Shown here: in pieces, positions 1-10,394 of the stretch | How positions within the stretch are numbered: position 1 is the stretch's first letter | Layout of the letters: every line of letters begins with the position of its first letter | Assembly (NCBI GenBank): GCA_051532055.1 | Contig: JAOPTX010000079.1 | Location: 1 to 42,329, forward strand | Origin: Fibrobacterales bacterium | GTDB lineage: Bacteria; Fibrobacterota; Fibrobacteria; Fibrobacterales; JAOPTW01 | Length of the DNA: 42,329 nucleotides | Direction of reading: 5' to 3' | Program-made: the position numbers and the translations under genes | The notes under the pieces: model-generated | Databases searched by the model: none | Seen by the model: the letters and a program-made list of their open reading frames with translations, nothing else | What the model was told of the DNA's origin: nothing

Positions 1-961
1 CATCTTGCATTGCTTTACGACAAGGGTCGATAGAGCGTTTTACAAGGTTTGCAGTTATTTTATCAAAATTAGCACGAGTAAGGCTCAAGTCAAGGTGTTT
101 AGGGCCTGACGCATCTGCCGTGATAAATGGAAGATTGATTGACGCTGTAGATGTTGCAGAAAGGTCAATTTTAGCTTTTTCTGCAGCTTCTTTAAGGCGT
201 TGAAGAGCCATTTTATCACTTTTAAGGTCAATACCAGGGTTTTGGCCTTTGAACTCATCACTGATCCAATCAATGATTGCTGAGTCAAAGTTATCACCAC
301 CAAGAAAAGTGTCGCCATTTGTAGAGAGTACTTCAAATACGCCATCACCGATTTCGAGGATTGATACATCGAAAGTACCGCCACCAAGGTCATATACAGC
401 TACTTTACCATTCTTATTGGTGTCGAGTCCATAAGCGAGTGCTGCTGCTGTAGGCTCATTTACAATACGAAGTACTTCGAGGCCAGCAATTTTACCAGCG
501 TCTTTAGTCGCTTGACGTTGTGAGTCATTGAAATATGCAGGTACGGTAACTACTGCTTGAGTTACAGTTTCACCCAGGTAATCTTCAGCTGTTTTCTTCA
601 TGTTTTGAAGAATGATTGCTGAGATTTCTGGTGGTGAGAAGTGTTTGTCGTCAATATCAACACGTACAGGATCAGATGCTCCACCTGAGAGATGATATGG
701 AATATGTTTTTCGTCGTCGCTCACTTCTTCGTGGGTACGACCCATAAAGCGTTTGATAGAGTAGATTGTTTTTTCAGGATTAGTGATTGCTTGACGTTTC
801 GCAACTTGTCCAACAAGACGCTCGCCATCTTTTGTAAAACCAACGATTGACGGGGTAGTACGTGCCCCTTCAGAGTTAGGGATTACTTCGGGCTTACCAC
901 CCTCCATTACAGAAACACATGAGTTTGTGGTTCCGAGGTCAATTCCAATTATTTTTGCCAT
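1..961 (-). CDS. dnaK: Molecular chaperone DnaK (5' part; runs off the window start)
   Basis: Minus strand from ATG at 961 reads [38 protein letters not shown]...[15 protein letters not shown], the Hsp70 signatures. Lies directly downstream of grpE. Absent from the ORF track because its stop is outside the window. Confidence 0.98.
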   Translation of the reverse strand, partial: MAKIIGIDLGTTNSCVSVMEGGKPEVIPNSEGARTTPSIVGFTKDGERLVGQVAKRQAITNPEKTIYSIKRFMGRTHEEVSDDEKHIPYHLSGGASDPVRVDIDDKHFSPPEISAIILQNMKKTAEDYLGETVTQAVVTVPAYFNDSQRQATKDAGKIAGLEVLRIVNEPTAAALAYGLDTNKNGKVAVYDLGGGTFDVSILEIGDGVFEVLSTNGDTFLGGDNFDSAIIDWISDEFKGQNPGIDLKSDKMALQRLKEAAEKAKIDLSATSTASINLPFITADASGPKHLDLSLTRANFDKITANLVKRSIDPCRKAMQD

Positions 962-992
962 GATTTTCTCCGGTTGTTGTTATTAAAATATG

Positions 993-1619
993 TTATTCGG
1001 CTGCAGCTTCTGCTGGGCCTGAAGACACGATTACTTTGGCGTGTCGTAAAACTTTTTCTTTTAATTTATACCCTTTTTGAAATACGGTAAGGACACTTCC
1101 TTCGTCAATATCGTCAGAGGGTTGTTGCATAAGCGCTTCATGTTCTTCTGGATTGAAGACAGTATTTACTGGGTCAATAGTTTCGAGACCTGCATCCTCA
1201 AGAATGGTGAAGAATTGTTCTTGAATCATCTTCATGCCTTTTTCAAAGCTTTCTAAGTCAGGTGCTTTATTTTCTTCAACAAATGCACGATCAAAGTTAT
1301 CCAGAATATCACACTGTTTTGAGATAAGATTAGCATTCGCAGTTGCAACGAGAGTGAGGCTTTCTTTGGCTGTTCTTCGACGATAGTTATCAAATTCAGC
1401 ATGAAGTCTTAGATGTTTATCGTTTGCCTTATCGAGTTCTTCGGTAAGTTGCTCAATTGACTTGGAGCCAGTCTCTTCAGTTGGTGATTCCTCTTCAGTG
1501 GTCTCTTCATTGGGAGACTCTGACTCTTCAGAAGGTTCGCTCTCTACTGCAGAGTCTATCTCTTCAGTAGTTTCGACTTCTTGGTCTATTGGCTCTGTTG
1601 TTTCTTTTTCTTTAGTCAT
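993..1619 (-). CDS. grpE: Nucleotide exchange factor GrpE
   Basis: LRLHAEFDNYRRR, FNPEEHEAL and FQKGYKLKEKVLRHAKVIVS motifs; acidic N-terminus. Start placed at MTKEKE (1619) because the longer ORF start (1679) overlaps the promoter. Confidence 0.96.
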   Translation of the reverse strand: MTKEKETTEPIDQEVETTEEIDSAVESEPSEESESPNEETTEEESPTEETGSKSIEQLTEELDKANDKHLRLHAEFDNYRRRTAKESLTLVATANANLISKQCDILDNFDRAFVEENKAPDLESFEKGMKMIQEQFFTILEDAGLETIDPVNTVFNPEEHEALMQQPSDDIDEGSVLTVFQKGYKLKEKVLRHAKVIVSSGPAEAAAE

Positions 1620-1653
1620 TATTCTTTCGAAGTAAGGGTTTTGCTTCTTATTA

Positions 1654-1670
1654 AGCAATTGGTGTGCCAA
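1654..1670 (-). promoter_or_regulatory. Sigma-54 (-24/-12) promoter of grpE-dnaK
   Basis: Minus strand TTGGCAC-ACCAA-TTGCT is an exact match to TGGCAC-N5-TTGCW, 35 bp upstream of the grpE ATG. Confidence 0.8.
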
Positions 1671-1768
1671 TTGCGCCAAAATGAAACAATTAGAGTTTTT
1701 TGATGTATAGAAGTGGTGTTTGCTCTCTTGTGATTTTGAAACTGAATAGTGTGATTCAATTAGAAACG

Positions 1769-1797
1769 AAAAAGCGTTTCATGTTGAAACGCTTTTT
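1769..1797. terminator. Inverted repeat: likely intrinsic terminator of the 5284-1834 operon; may also be a regulator site
   Basis: AAAAAGCGTTTCA-TGT-TGAAACGCTTTTT, perfect 13-bp arms including A/T tails, 37 bp past the stop at 1834. Confidence 0.6.
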
Positions 1798-1833
1798 GAA
1801 ATTGAATAGATTGTTAAGCAGATTAGAATGGAC

Positions 1834-2805
1834 CTAAAAGAGTTTACTTATTGTCATGTTCGTAAAAGTATCCTTGGTTTCAATATCCGAGTATACTCCA
1901 ACGCCAACCTCTATATTATAGATAAAGTGAGAAAAAGGGTGACTCTTTGCCTTTGTACTCAAAACTTCAAACTGTAATGGGTCTATGAAAAGGCGGAGCC
2001 ATGAAGGATCTTTCTTGGAATTATAAGGGCGAAAACGGAGAGAGGTATTAAATGAATACGTCTGTTGATATATTTCATTACTGAGCCATTGCCCACCGAA
2101 GTGACCCTTAATGGTTATAGCGTCATAAAATATCTTTTCACCCGCAAGGCTGACTTCAAATGATTTCTCTACATCTGCAAGTATGGTTAGTTTAGCACCT
2201 GCCTGCCAAGTAGTACCGCGCATGCCTGCTTTACTCGTGATGTTAAAGTCAGAGAAGAGAAGAGAACCTTGTAGTTTTTTATAGCGAACAGTTGCAGAAG
2301 GGACAATACTTCGCTCTAAGAGCTCTTTTTCGCCTCCAGGCAGTCTATTATTACCTTCTGGATCTAGGAGTCGTGACATGTAATGCACTCCCAGGGCGGC
2401 GTTAAAGTTTTTGGTATTCATCCCTAAATGCGAAAGTGATACCCCTGAGCCTAAAACAAAGTACATCCGTTTATAGATTTGTGTTGGCTGTGCCCTATTT
2501 ATCGAATTTAATGTGTCAGAGAGATCTTTGGGGTCTTCATGAAACTTAAAATAGGTTTCGCGAGCACTAAAAATATGGAAAAGTGGAGCTTTTAGGGCAA
2601 TCGCTTGTTGTGCATTTTGACTAAATGAGTAGCTAAATGCCCCTCTACTCTCCATGCTCAATTCTGATGAAACTTCGGTGTGCATCGGATTGGGAAGTGC
2701 AGAATAATATAGAATGGGCGAAATAGGGTATCTGTGGTTTTGAAAAGCAGATACCGCAAAAGTGAGTGACAGAACTATCAGTGTAATTTTAAATAAAATA
2801 TTCAT
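1834..2805 (-). CDS. Secreted hypothetical protein, probable outer-membrane beta-barrel
   Basis: Signal peptide (..FAVSA), amphipathic beta-strand-like segments, C-terminal Phe (ISKLF). Confidence 0.6.
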   Translation of the reverse strand: MNILFKITLIVLSLTFAVSAFQNHRYPISPILYYSALPNPMHTEVSSELSMESRGAFSYSFSQNAQQAIALKAPLFHIFSARETYFKFHEDPKDLSDTLNSINRAQPTQIYKRMYFVLGSGVSLSHLGMNTKNFNAALGVHYMSRLLDPEGNNRLPGGEKELLERSIVPSATVRYKKLQGSLLFSDFNITSKAGMRGTTWQAGAKLTILADVEKSFEVSLAGEKIFYDAITIKGHFGGQWLSNEIYQQTYSFNTSLRFRPYNSKKDPSWLRLFIDPLQFEVLSTKAKSHPFSHFIYNIEVGVGVYSDIETKDTFTNMTISKLF

Positions 2806-2813
2806 ACTGTCTC

Positions 2814-3608
2814 CTATAGGTTTTTGTGGGTGAAGGTTATAGATAGAGCAAAAAGACCATTTATATTCTGACTCTCTTTATTAATAGCGAGATCAGGCTC
2901 GTCTTTATTTATGACCACATAGGTCGAAGGGTCTTTTCTGTAATTGCCTGAAACAGAGATATTATTTGTGATTTCAGTTTGAAAGCCAAGGGCGATAAAA
3001 AATTCATCTACTTCACCAAGGAGCTCGGTTGATCCGCCACTCGCACCTTCAACGGTGAATGAGAGGGGGAGAGGGTTCCCTGAAAAATCTGCAGCTTGAA
3101 GCTTAATACCACCCATTATATATGCTTTCGAGATAGCAAATGATATACCTGCTGAAACCTCTGGAGAAAGTATAGGGAATTTGTGATGAAATGTCGCAAC
3201 ACTATAAAGGCCATAGTTATAGTTAATACCGCCAGCAACAGCCCACGGTCCCTTATTGTGGAAACCATATTTGAGTGAGGGGAGAGGGATAAAAGTACGC
3301 TTTGTACCATACCCTTTTTCTTGTGAATGCGGGTCTTTCCCTGGACTATTTTGAACAAAGCCAGGGGTATTACTCACAGAAATCTCAAGAGGATTTCCGT
3401 ATACGCTGATAACTCCATACCCTGCAAGATGATGGAAAATCATATTAATTTGTTCGAGGTTTGTTTGCTTACTCCCGACTAAAAAACCGAATTTAGAGTT
3501 TTCAGGAGTCAAGGCATTGGGGGTATAGTGATACCCAGTCATTCCGTAATAACTGATTTGGCCGAAAGAGAGGGTACCAAGTAAAAGAAGAAATGCTAAG
3601 ATTCTCAT
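2814..3608 (-). CDS. Secreted hypothetical protein, possibly a YjbH-like outer-membrane protein
   Basis: Likely start MRILAFLLLLGTLSFG at 3608 overlaps the upstream stop. YGMTGYHYTPNA resembles the G-x-TG..TP-x-A start of YjbH-like proteins; beta-strand pattern. Confidence 0.55.
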   Translation of the reverse strand: MRILAFLLLLGTLSFGQISYYGMTGYHYTPNALTPENSKFGFLVGSKQTNLEQINMIFHHLAGYGVISVYGNPLEISVSNTPGFVQNSPGKDPHSQEKGYGTKRTFIPLPSLKYGFHNKGPWAVAGGINYNYGLYSVATFHHKFPILSPEVSAGISFAISKAYIMGGIKLQAADFSGNPLPLSFTVEGASGGSTELLGEVDEFFIALGFQTEITNNISVSGNYRKDPSTYVVINKDEPDLAINKESQNINGLFALSITFTHKNL

Positions 3609-5284
3609 AGTGAACCTCCAATAAAAATGAATGATAGTAATGCAATAATTGAAGCGGGAATTGTCCAAAAGTGTGAACGATTTTCGGTGTGCTCAACTGC
3701 AATGGTACGACGTTCATCGCGATCTACAGTTATGGTTTCTTTTTCAGTAGTGTAGATACTGCTTAAGGTAATGTCGTGTTCACCTCGGGCGAGTTCAATC
3801 TCAGTTGTAGAAAGGTTACCATAATATTTTCCATCAATGAAAATATCGATTACTGCTTCACCATTATTAGTTATGGTCACCAGTGCAGGTTTTTCAATGA
3901 GTTCTTTCTCAATTCTGAGTTCTTTATTTGCATTAATGACAACAGTATCTGTGTAAGTGAAGTAGCCTTGTTTGTGGAGGCTTATAATATAAACTCCAAT
4001 GTCAAGACTATGCTTGTGAACAGGGAGTGCCTTTCCTACTGGTATAGAGTCACCTGCTGGCGTAGCAACATACGCGGTCACGTTTGCTTGACCTGATACA
4101 AGGGTGAGTTTACCTTTTTGTTTCTTCAAGTCAGATGAAACAATGGTTGTTTTACCTGGTTTGATTGTGATTTGTTCCTTGTGTTCCTGATAGGTACCTT
4201 TTTTAATTTTTATAACGGAGGTTCCAGGTTTCTTATTTTGAATGACAAGTGGGGTCAGTCCGATTTTAATATCATCAAGAAAGACTAGGGCATTCGATGG
4301 TGTTGATTCAACTGAAATTTCACCTGGAATAACCTCCAAAAGCCCTTTAATTTCTGATAATTGCCCTGATTGAATGTTTATTTTTTCACTCCATACTTGA
4401 AAATTTGTTTTACGGAGCTGTACTTCATATTTACCTTCAGCTAGATTGTCGAGGGAGAGGGGGGTAACGCCACTTTTTTTATTGTTAAGGTATACTTCTG
4501 CGCCAACAGGTTCAGAGAGAATACTCAATTTTCCTGGAAGAGTTTCGAGGATTACTTGAATATCTCGATTGGTTCGAGGTTTGATCTCTATTACCCCTTC
4601 GTGACTTTTGTACCCGCCAGCCATCACTTTTAATTTATAAGAACCCTCGAGTAGATTAGAAATATTAAGACCACTACCTCTTTCGGTTTTACCAATAAAT
4701 TGATCATCAAGGTAAACCTCGCCTTCAACAGGGTAGGCAGTTATTTTTAAATTACCCATCCATTGTCTGAGGTATTTTATTTCGATTGTCTGAGCGAGGT
4801 CAGAGACTATGGAGCGGAGGTTATCAATATTTTTAACGGTAGCGTATTCAGCAACAACAACCTGGCCAGTCTCAGTTGATATAAGACGGGTATCTATTTG
4901 AATAAGCCCATTAAGTAATGAGGTTTCGCCGGTGAGAATTACTTCTACAGAATGCATTTTCTGAAGTTTTGCTCGGGTTTCGCTGGTAACACCAAGCTGT
5001 TTAAGAGCCTTTTCATCAATCACCGTTTTGAGTTGTGACCGTTCAAGAACCATGAAGTTGGTCTCGTTTCGGAGGTGAGTATTGAGCATTGATGTTATGG
5101 CTTCACCATAGCCATTGTCATTGGATTGTCGATTGGAGTTCTCCAAAGTGAAAATCGCAATGGTGGGAGTTCGTTTTTTTAACTGATTCAGTTTTTCAGT
5201 TGCTGTGGGCTCTTCGGCAAATAGTGCATGACTCAACAAGGTCACAACCAAAAGAGGTATAAGAAGTATTCGATGCATACGCAT
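3605..5284 (-). CDS. CsgG/TolB-N-like domain + multiple PEGA domains, with C-terminal hydrophobic segment
   Basis: Signal peptide; IAIFTLEN...FMVLERSQL..VIDE...IDTRLISTETGQV (CsgG/FlgO-like); repeated S.P.GA.VYL.....G.TP PEGA motifs; hydrophobic C-terminus. Confidence 0.85.
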   Translation of the reverse strand: MRMHRILLIPLLVVTLLSHALFAEEPTATEKLNQLKKRTPTIAIFTLENSNRQSNDNGYGEAITSMLNTHLRNETNFMVLERSQLKTVIDEKALKQLGVTSETRAKLQKMHSVEVILTGETSLLNGLIQIDTRLISTETGQVVVAEYATVKNIDNLRSIVSDLAQTIEIKYLRQWMGNLKITAYPVEGEVYLDDQFIGKTERGSGLNISNLLEGSYKLKVMAGGYKSHEGVIEIKPRTNRDIQVILETLPGKLSILSEPVGAEVYLNNKKSGVTPLSLDNLAEGKYEVQLRKTNFQVWSEKINIQSGQLSEIKGLLEVIPGEISVESTPSNALVFLDDIKIGLTPLVIQNKKPGTSVIKIKKGTYQEHKEQITIKPGKTTIVSSDLKKQKGKLTLVSGQANVTAYVATPAGDSIPVGKALPVHKHSLDIGVYIISLHKQGYFTYTDTVVINANKELRIEKELIEKPALVTITNNGEAVIDIFIDGKYYGNLSTTEIELARGEHDITLSSIYTTEKETITVDRDERRTIAVEHTENRSHFWTIPASIIALLSFIFIGGSL

Positions 5285-5391
5285 CTCCTTTAAATTAATC
5301 GTTACAAGTTAGACGATAAACTTAAAAAAAATGTTACACTAAAATCAATATTGGGTAAATAATTGTGATTGCGATCACAATAGCGTGAAAA

Positions 5392-6342
5392 CTAATCTTC
5401 GCATGAGGCCATATAATGTACAAAATTATTGAAAATGGAGATGTTTCCAAACCCCCGTTGAGTATCACCTTTGAGTAGGTTAAGGGTTTCATAAATTGAT
5501 AGTTCTTCTTTATAGACCCGATCTCTACTTGTAAGTGCTTCATATTTGTCTATAAAACCTATGAGGGCACCTATTTCAGAAATATCTTGAGTACCATGAG
5601 GGTAACCCGTTCCTTGTGGGTTTTCATGATGCTCAAGTGCTGATTGTAATACAATTGTATCAGTTATTCCAATAGCCTTTAATATTGTGTGTCCATTTTG
5701 AGGGTGTTGCTTGATAATTTCAAATTCTGACTGAGAGAGTTTGCCTGGTTTATTCAGGATTGTATCATCAATAAGTGTTTTTCCGATATCATGAAAGAGC
5801 CCGGCAAGCGCAATTGATCTGGTTTCATCTGAAGTAGCGTCTCCACCGTGATAGAGGGTGTAGCCGAGGGCAAGGCACATTACATTAGTGCTATGGAGCG
5901 CAGTAGTATAACTCATGTCTTCAAATGGTTTTGTGAGGGAATATAAGGAAGAGGATAAGTCTTTGAGCACCATGTCAATTGCTAAAATAATGCCATCAAG
6001 GAGTACATTGCGAGGTTCAGAAAAGAAGTCCGTTACAAGGCTAATCAGAACTTGTTTAACTCCCTTAATATCATTTGAATTAATAGACTTGTCGAGTAGT
6101 TGAGTGTATGAATGCTGCACTTCTAGCAATGAAGTGAGTCGATCTTCTTTGCGGATAAAAAGTTTTGGTGTTTTTGCGTGAGAAATTCTCTTTTGAGAAA
6201 TTATTGAACCAGGCTCCTTGTAGAGCACGATCTCTTGCGTAAGAGAATCAAAGTAATATAGTGCCGTTTCGCGGTAAAATTCAATATGCGAAATACGAAC
6301 AGGCATTAGTTCCGCTTGCTTTGTTGAAGAAATCATTCCCAT
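5392..6342 (-). CDS. HD-GYP domain c-di-GMP phosphodiesterase
   Basis: HSTNV, GLFHDIGK, ILNKPGKLS, HHENPQGTGYPHG, DKYEALTSRDRVYK. Confidence 0.92.
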   Translation of the reverse strand: MGMISSTKQAELMPVRISHIEFYRETALYYFDSLTQEIVLYKEPGSIISQKRISHAKTPKLFIRKEDRLTSLLEVQHSYTQLLDKSINSNDIKGVKQVLISLVTDFFSEPRNVLLDGIILAIDMVLKDLSSSLYSLTKPFEDMSYTTALHSTNVMCLALGYTLYHGGDATSDETRSIALAGLFHDIGKTLIDDTILNKPGKLSQSEFEIIKQHPQNGHTILKAIGITDTIVLQSALEHHENPQGTGYPHGTQDISEIGALIGFIDKYEALTSRDRVYKEELSIYETLNLLKGDTQRGFGNISIFNNFVHYMASCED

Positions 6343-6517
6343 CCCATAAAAGATTTCAATATAGGGTCTGTTAGCCTATAAATGCTAAACTGCCCATTTT
6401 TAATGTAGTCAATATTGTATTCTTTGTGGAAAAAAATTGAGTTTTAAACACTAAAACCTATATTTGGGGCTCATTGGTAAACTCTCTAGGGGTAGTGCCA
6501 TAAACGGGATAGGTCTA

Positions 6518-8380
6518 GTGAATAAAAATTTTGATATAGTAGTTATTGGTGGTGGACATGCCGGGGTTGAAGCAGCTCATGCTGGAGTAAAACTTGGAAT
6601 GAAGACGGCTTTAATAACGATGGATTCCCAAGCTATCGCACGTATGTCCTGTAATCCTGCAATTGGTGGAGTTGCCAAAGGTCAAATTGTGAGAGATGTT
6701 GATGCTCTTGGTGGTTTGATGGGGCGGTTTACAGATAAAACAGGTATCCAATTCAGAATGTTAAATGACTCTAAGGGGCCAGCCGTGTGGGGGCCCCGTG
6801 CCCAAGCAGATATGGATTACTACTCACGATACGCTACTGAATATATGCACTCCCTTTCGGGGCTCGATATTATTGAAGGTGAACTGGCTTCTTTTGAAAA
6901 AGTAGGAGAGGCTTACACGCTTTTACTCGCATCAAGTGAGCAATTTACAACTAAATCTATAATAATTACTGCAGGCACTTTTTTAGATGCCCTTATGCAT
7001 GTTGGAGATGAACAGACTGTTGGTGGCCGAGTGGGTGAACCGGCGGCCGTTACTTTAGCTGGCTGTATTCAAAAGGCCGGTATTCAGGCTAGACGCCTTA
7101 AAACTGGCACACCAGCGAGACTCAAAGCGAGTAGTATTGATTTTTCACAAACAGAAATTCAATATGGCGATAGTGAACCTTTTCCTTTTTCATCACACAC
7201 TGAAGATAACCTTGTAAATAAAGCAACGTGCTGGATAGTACGAACCACAAAAGAGACCCACGATATTTTACGATCAGGTTTTGATAGAAGTCCTATGTTT
7301 ACAGGAGTTATTAAAGGACTCGGGCCTAGATATTGTCCATCAATTGAAGATAAAGTATCGAGGTTTCCTGACCGAGATTCTCATCAGCTCTTTTTAGAAC
7401 CTGAAGGTCTTGATAATGAGCGCATCTATCTCAATGGGTTTTCATCAAGCCTCCCGAAAGAGGTTCAGGATGAGGCCCTCCGCTCGCTTCCAGGATTTAA
7501 AAATGTCGAAGTTATACGATATGGGTATGCCGTAGAATACGATGCAATCTTTGCTACTCAGCTTCAACCAACATTAGAATGTAAAGAGGTGCCAGGACTC
7601 TATTTTGCAGGTCAAGTAAATGGTACATCAGGATATGAAGAAGCTGCTGGACAAGGCCTTATTGCAGGGGTAAATGCGGCATTAAAAATTAAAGGTGAGG
7701 ATCCATTTATACTGGGACGCTCTGAGTCATATATTGGTGTAATGGTTGATGATTTAGTAACTCTTGATATTGATGAGCCTTATAGAATGTTTACTTCTCG
7801 TGCAGAGTATCGTCTCTTTTTGCGTCAAGACAATGCTGAAAGCCGGCTCACTGAAACTGGTTACAATCTAGGGTTAATTGAACAAGGCCATTTTGATACA
7901 TTTAAAGAGGGACTTGAAAGAATTGTTAATGCTCGAAAATTTCTAGAAAAAACTCTCGTATCTATGGAAAGCATCAACCCTTATTTAGAATCAGTTAATT
8001 CATCCCTTCTTAAAGAATCGGTACGTGCAATAACATTGGTTAAACGGCCCCATGTTGACTTTGAAAAGGTGTTAGAGATAATACAATTTGACCTTCCTCT
8101 CAGTAGAAAAGAGCGCCTCACCCTCTATGCAGATATACTCTACATGGGATTTTATGAACGCCAAGAACGTGAGATTGAAAAACAAAAACGGTTAGAGACA
8201 ATGCGCTTTCCAAATGGTTTTGATTTTATGGCTGCAGAAGCGATCTCAATGGAGGCCCGTCATAAACTTACCAAATTTAAGCCAATGACCCTCGGTCAGG
8301 CTTCTAAAGTGGCAGGAGTTAGGCCACCTGATATTTCTGCGCTTATCTACTATATTGAAAAGGGCCATTCTGCACAGTAA
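6518..8380 (+). CDS. mnmG: tRNA uridine-5-carboxymethylaminomethyl modification enzyme MnmG (GidA)
   Basis: VIGGGHAGVEAA, MSCNPAIGG, GPRYCPSIEDK, AGQVNGTSGYEEAAGQG, EPYRMFTSRAEYRL. GTG start at 6518 chosen by homology length. Confidence 0.98.
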   Translation: MNKNFDIVVIGGGHAGVEAAHAGVKLGMKTALITMDSQAIARMSCNPAIGGVAKGQIVRDVDALGGLMGRFTDKTGIQFRMLNDSKGPAVWGPRAQADMDYYSRYATEYMHSLSGLDIIEGELASFEKVGEAYTLLLASSEQFTTKSIIITAGTFLDALMHVGDEQTVGGRVGEPAAVTLAGCIQKAGIQARRLKTGTPARLKASSIDFSQTEIQYGDSEPFPFSSHTEDNLVNKATCWIVRTTKETHDILRSGFDRSPMFTGVIKGLGPRYCPSIEDKVSRFPDRDSHQLFLEPEGLDNERIYLNGFSSSLPKEVQDEALRSLPGFKNVEVIRYGYAVEYDAIFATQLQPTLECKEVPGLYFAGQVNGTSGYEEAAGQGLIAGVNAALKIKGEDPFILGRSESYIGVMVDDLVTLDIDEPYRMFTSRAEYRLFLRQDNAESRLTETGYNLGLIEQGHFDTFKEGLERIVNARKFLEKTLVSMESINPYLESVNSSLLKESVRAITLVKRPHVDFEKVLEIIQFDLPLSRKERLTLYADILYMGFYERQEREIEKQKRLETMRFPNGFDFMAAEAISMEARHKLTKFKPMTLGQASKVAGVRPPDISALIYYIEKGHSAQ

Positions 8381-8403
8381 GCTGTGAGAGTTGCAAGGTA
8401 TGT

Positions 8404-9087
8404 ATGCTCAAAGTAAATGAAATTTTTTATTCCATCCAAGGAGAGGGTATCTATACAGGGGTTCCCTCGATATTTATTCGATTATCGGGATGCAATCTTC
8501 GTTGTAATTGGTGTGATACCCCTTATGCTTCTCATCGAGCAGAGGGATCGATGATGGGTATTTCTAATATTATTGACCGGTGTCGCTTGTATACAGGTGC
8601 TGCACATGTTGTAATTACTGGTGGAGAACCATTTATCCATAAAAGAATTTCAGAGCTTGTTGCAGGCTGTAAAGAAGCAGGATATCATGTAACAATGGAG
8701 ACAGCGGGTACAATTTATTTAGATACAGTCGCTGATTTTATATCTCTATCACCAAAGCTTTTAAATGCAACACCAACCGATGGAAGTTGGCAGAAAAAAC
8801 ATGAAGCGCTCAGAAAAAATAGTAATGTCCTGAACAAATTTATGGCCCACCATGAGGTGCAACTAAAATTTGTGGTTGGTTCTTATAGTGACGTGGAAGA
8901 AGTTGCAGCATGGATAGAGGAGCTTCCTAATCTAACACCAGATCGTATTCTTCTTATGCCTCAAGTGCTCACCGCGGAGGCACAACAAGCAATGTCTGAA
9001 GAGATTATAGAATGGTGTAAAGAACGAGGCTATCGCTTCTGTTATCGATTACATACTCAAATTTGGGGTGGTAAGCCTGGGGTATAA
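8404..9087 (+). CDS. queE: 7-carboxy-7-deazaguanine synthase QueE (radical SAM)
   Basis: EIFYSIQGEG...FIRLSGCNLRCNWCDT, VVITGGEP, SLSPK, RLHTQIWG. Confidence 0.92.
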   Translation: MLKVNEIFYSIQGEGIYTGVPSIFIRLSGCNLRCNWCDTPYASHRAEGSMMGISNIIDRCRLYTGAAHVVITGGEPFIHKRISELVAGCKEAGYHVTMETAGTIYLDTVADFISLSPKLLNATPTDGSWQKKHEALRKNSNVLNKFMAHHEVQLKFVVGSYSDVEEVAAWIEELPNLTPDRILLMPQVLTAEAQQAMSEEIIEWCKERGYRFCYRLHTQIWGGKPGV

Positions 9088-9116
9088 TCGCCCAGCTTTG
9101 ATTACTGAACAGAGTG

Positions 9117-10394
9117 CTACCGTCCAGCACTTTTCGCTTGTTTTACTCGGTACATCTCTTCATCAGCTTTGTTAAAATACTCTTCTGAATTGTCTGTACC
9201 ATTGTATTCGATAGCACCAAAGGATATTCCTGTCATATTTTCAGATTTTTTGAGCTTGGCATAGGTCTCTTCGATGAGGTTACATTTTTCTATAGCTCTT
9301 TCATGATTAAGGCCGTTTAATAGAATTACGAATTCATCCCCACCCACTCGATACGCTCTATCACGGTCTTCACGAATATTTGTCAAAATCGATTGTGTTA
9401 GATGTTGGAGTGCTTCATCGCCAGCAGCATGACCGACAGTGTCATTCAACGCTTTGAAGCGGTCCATGTCGAGCATAAGCATGGTTAATGCAGATTTGTC
9501 TCTTCGAGTATTTTGTAATATGACATCAATATCTTCTAAATATTGTCGTTTGTTATAGAGGCCAGTTAGGCCGTCAGTAGATGCCATTTTTTTCAGAGAT
9601 GCCGCTTTGTCTCTCAATTTCTGTTCGGTAATTGCTTTTTGGATTATCTCTTCTTGAGCGTCTTTGAGGTTTCCTGTCATACTATTGAATGCTTCAGCCA
9701 GGTCCCCCAGCTCATTGCGGGGAATAATCTCTATTTTGTGACTCAAATTACCGGTACCAAGTATCCTAATTCCTTCAACAAGGGGTTTAATAGGGGAGAG
9801 TACCTTATAAATAAGGCCATATGTTAAGAGAATACCAACGAGAAGAATAATGCCAGTAATAATCAAAACGTCTTGTTGACCCCGTTTAATTGCTTCATTG
9901 ATACCTTCATCATTCATTCCAATTCGAGCAACACCTAAATACTTTTTATTGAAAAAGATAGGGCGGTAGAGGTTGAAATAGGTCATCCCATCTTTTTGAT
10001 GTTCTCTGAGAACTCCAGATCGGCGTTTTTTAATAATGTGCTGAGAGGCGCGGTCAGACAGTATTATTTTTTGGAGTTGTGCGTCTTTATGAATAATAAC
10101 TCGGCCATTGACGTCGAGTAAGAGAACTTCTTGAATACCCTCTTCATTAGAAATTTCGTCAATCATGTCGTACATGCTCAGGTCCATGGTAGGATCTTCA
10201 TTGACTAATCGTTCTTTACATATAGAACTCCAAGATCGTAATATGGAATTACCACGTAAAATTCGTTCTTTAACTAGGAGTTCTTTTTGGTGGTTTGCAT
10301 TTATCAGTGCTGAAATTACAAATAGAGAGGTGATTAGCAAAATAATCAGTGTTAGGAACTGAAAACGAATGCCAAATTTTCTTTTTCCCTTCAT
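9117..10394 (-). CDS. Membrane sensor diguanylate cyclase (2 TM, periplasmic Cache-like, HAMP, GGDEF)
   Basis: Two hydrophobic helices; NELGDLAEAFNSM (HAMP); DGLTGLYNK, DMDRFKALNDTVGHAAGD, RVGGDEF. Confidence 0.95.
   Translation of the reverse strand: MKGKRKFGIRFQFLTLIILLITSLFVISALINANHQKELLVKERILRGNSILRSWSSICKERLVNEDPTMDLSMYDMIDEISNEEGIQEVLLLDVNGRVIIHKDAQLQKIILSDRASQHIIKKRRSGVLREHQKDGMTYFNLYRPIFFNKKYLGVARIGMNDEGINEAIKRGQQDVLIITGIILLVGILLTYGLIYKVLSPIKPLVEGIRILGTGNLSHKIEIIPRNELGDLAEAFNSMTGNLKDAQEEIIQKAITEQKLRDKAASLKKMASTDGLTGLYNKRQYLEDIDVILQNTRRDKSALTMLMLDMDRFKALNDTVGHAAGDEALQHLTQSILTNIREDRDRAYRVGGDEFVILLNGLNHERAIEKCNLIEETYAKLKKSENMTGISFGAIEYNGTDNSEEYFNKADEEMYRVKQAKSAGR

Noticed and set aside
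85..434. ORFs 85..393(-) and 249..434(+)
   Set aside because: Off-frame and antisense shadows of dnaK.
1620..1833. CIRCE element upstream of grpE
   Set aside because: No TTAGCACTC-N9-GAGTGCTAA present.
8404..9087. queE as part of a 7-deazaguanine DNA-modification (dpd) cluster
   Set aside because: No dpdA or other dpd genes nearby; it sits next to the tRNA-modification gene mnmG.
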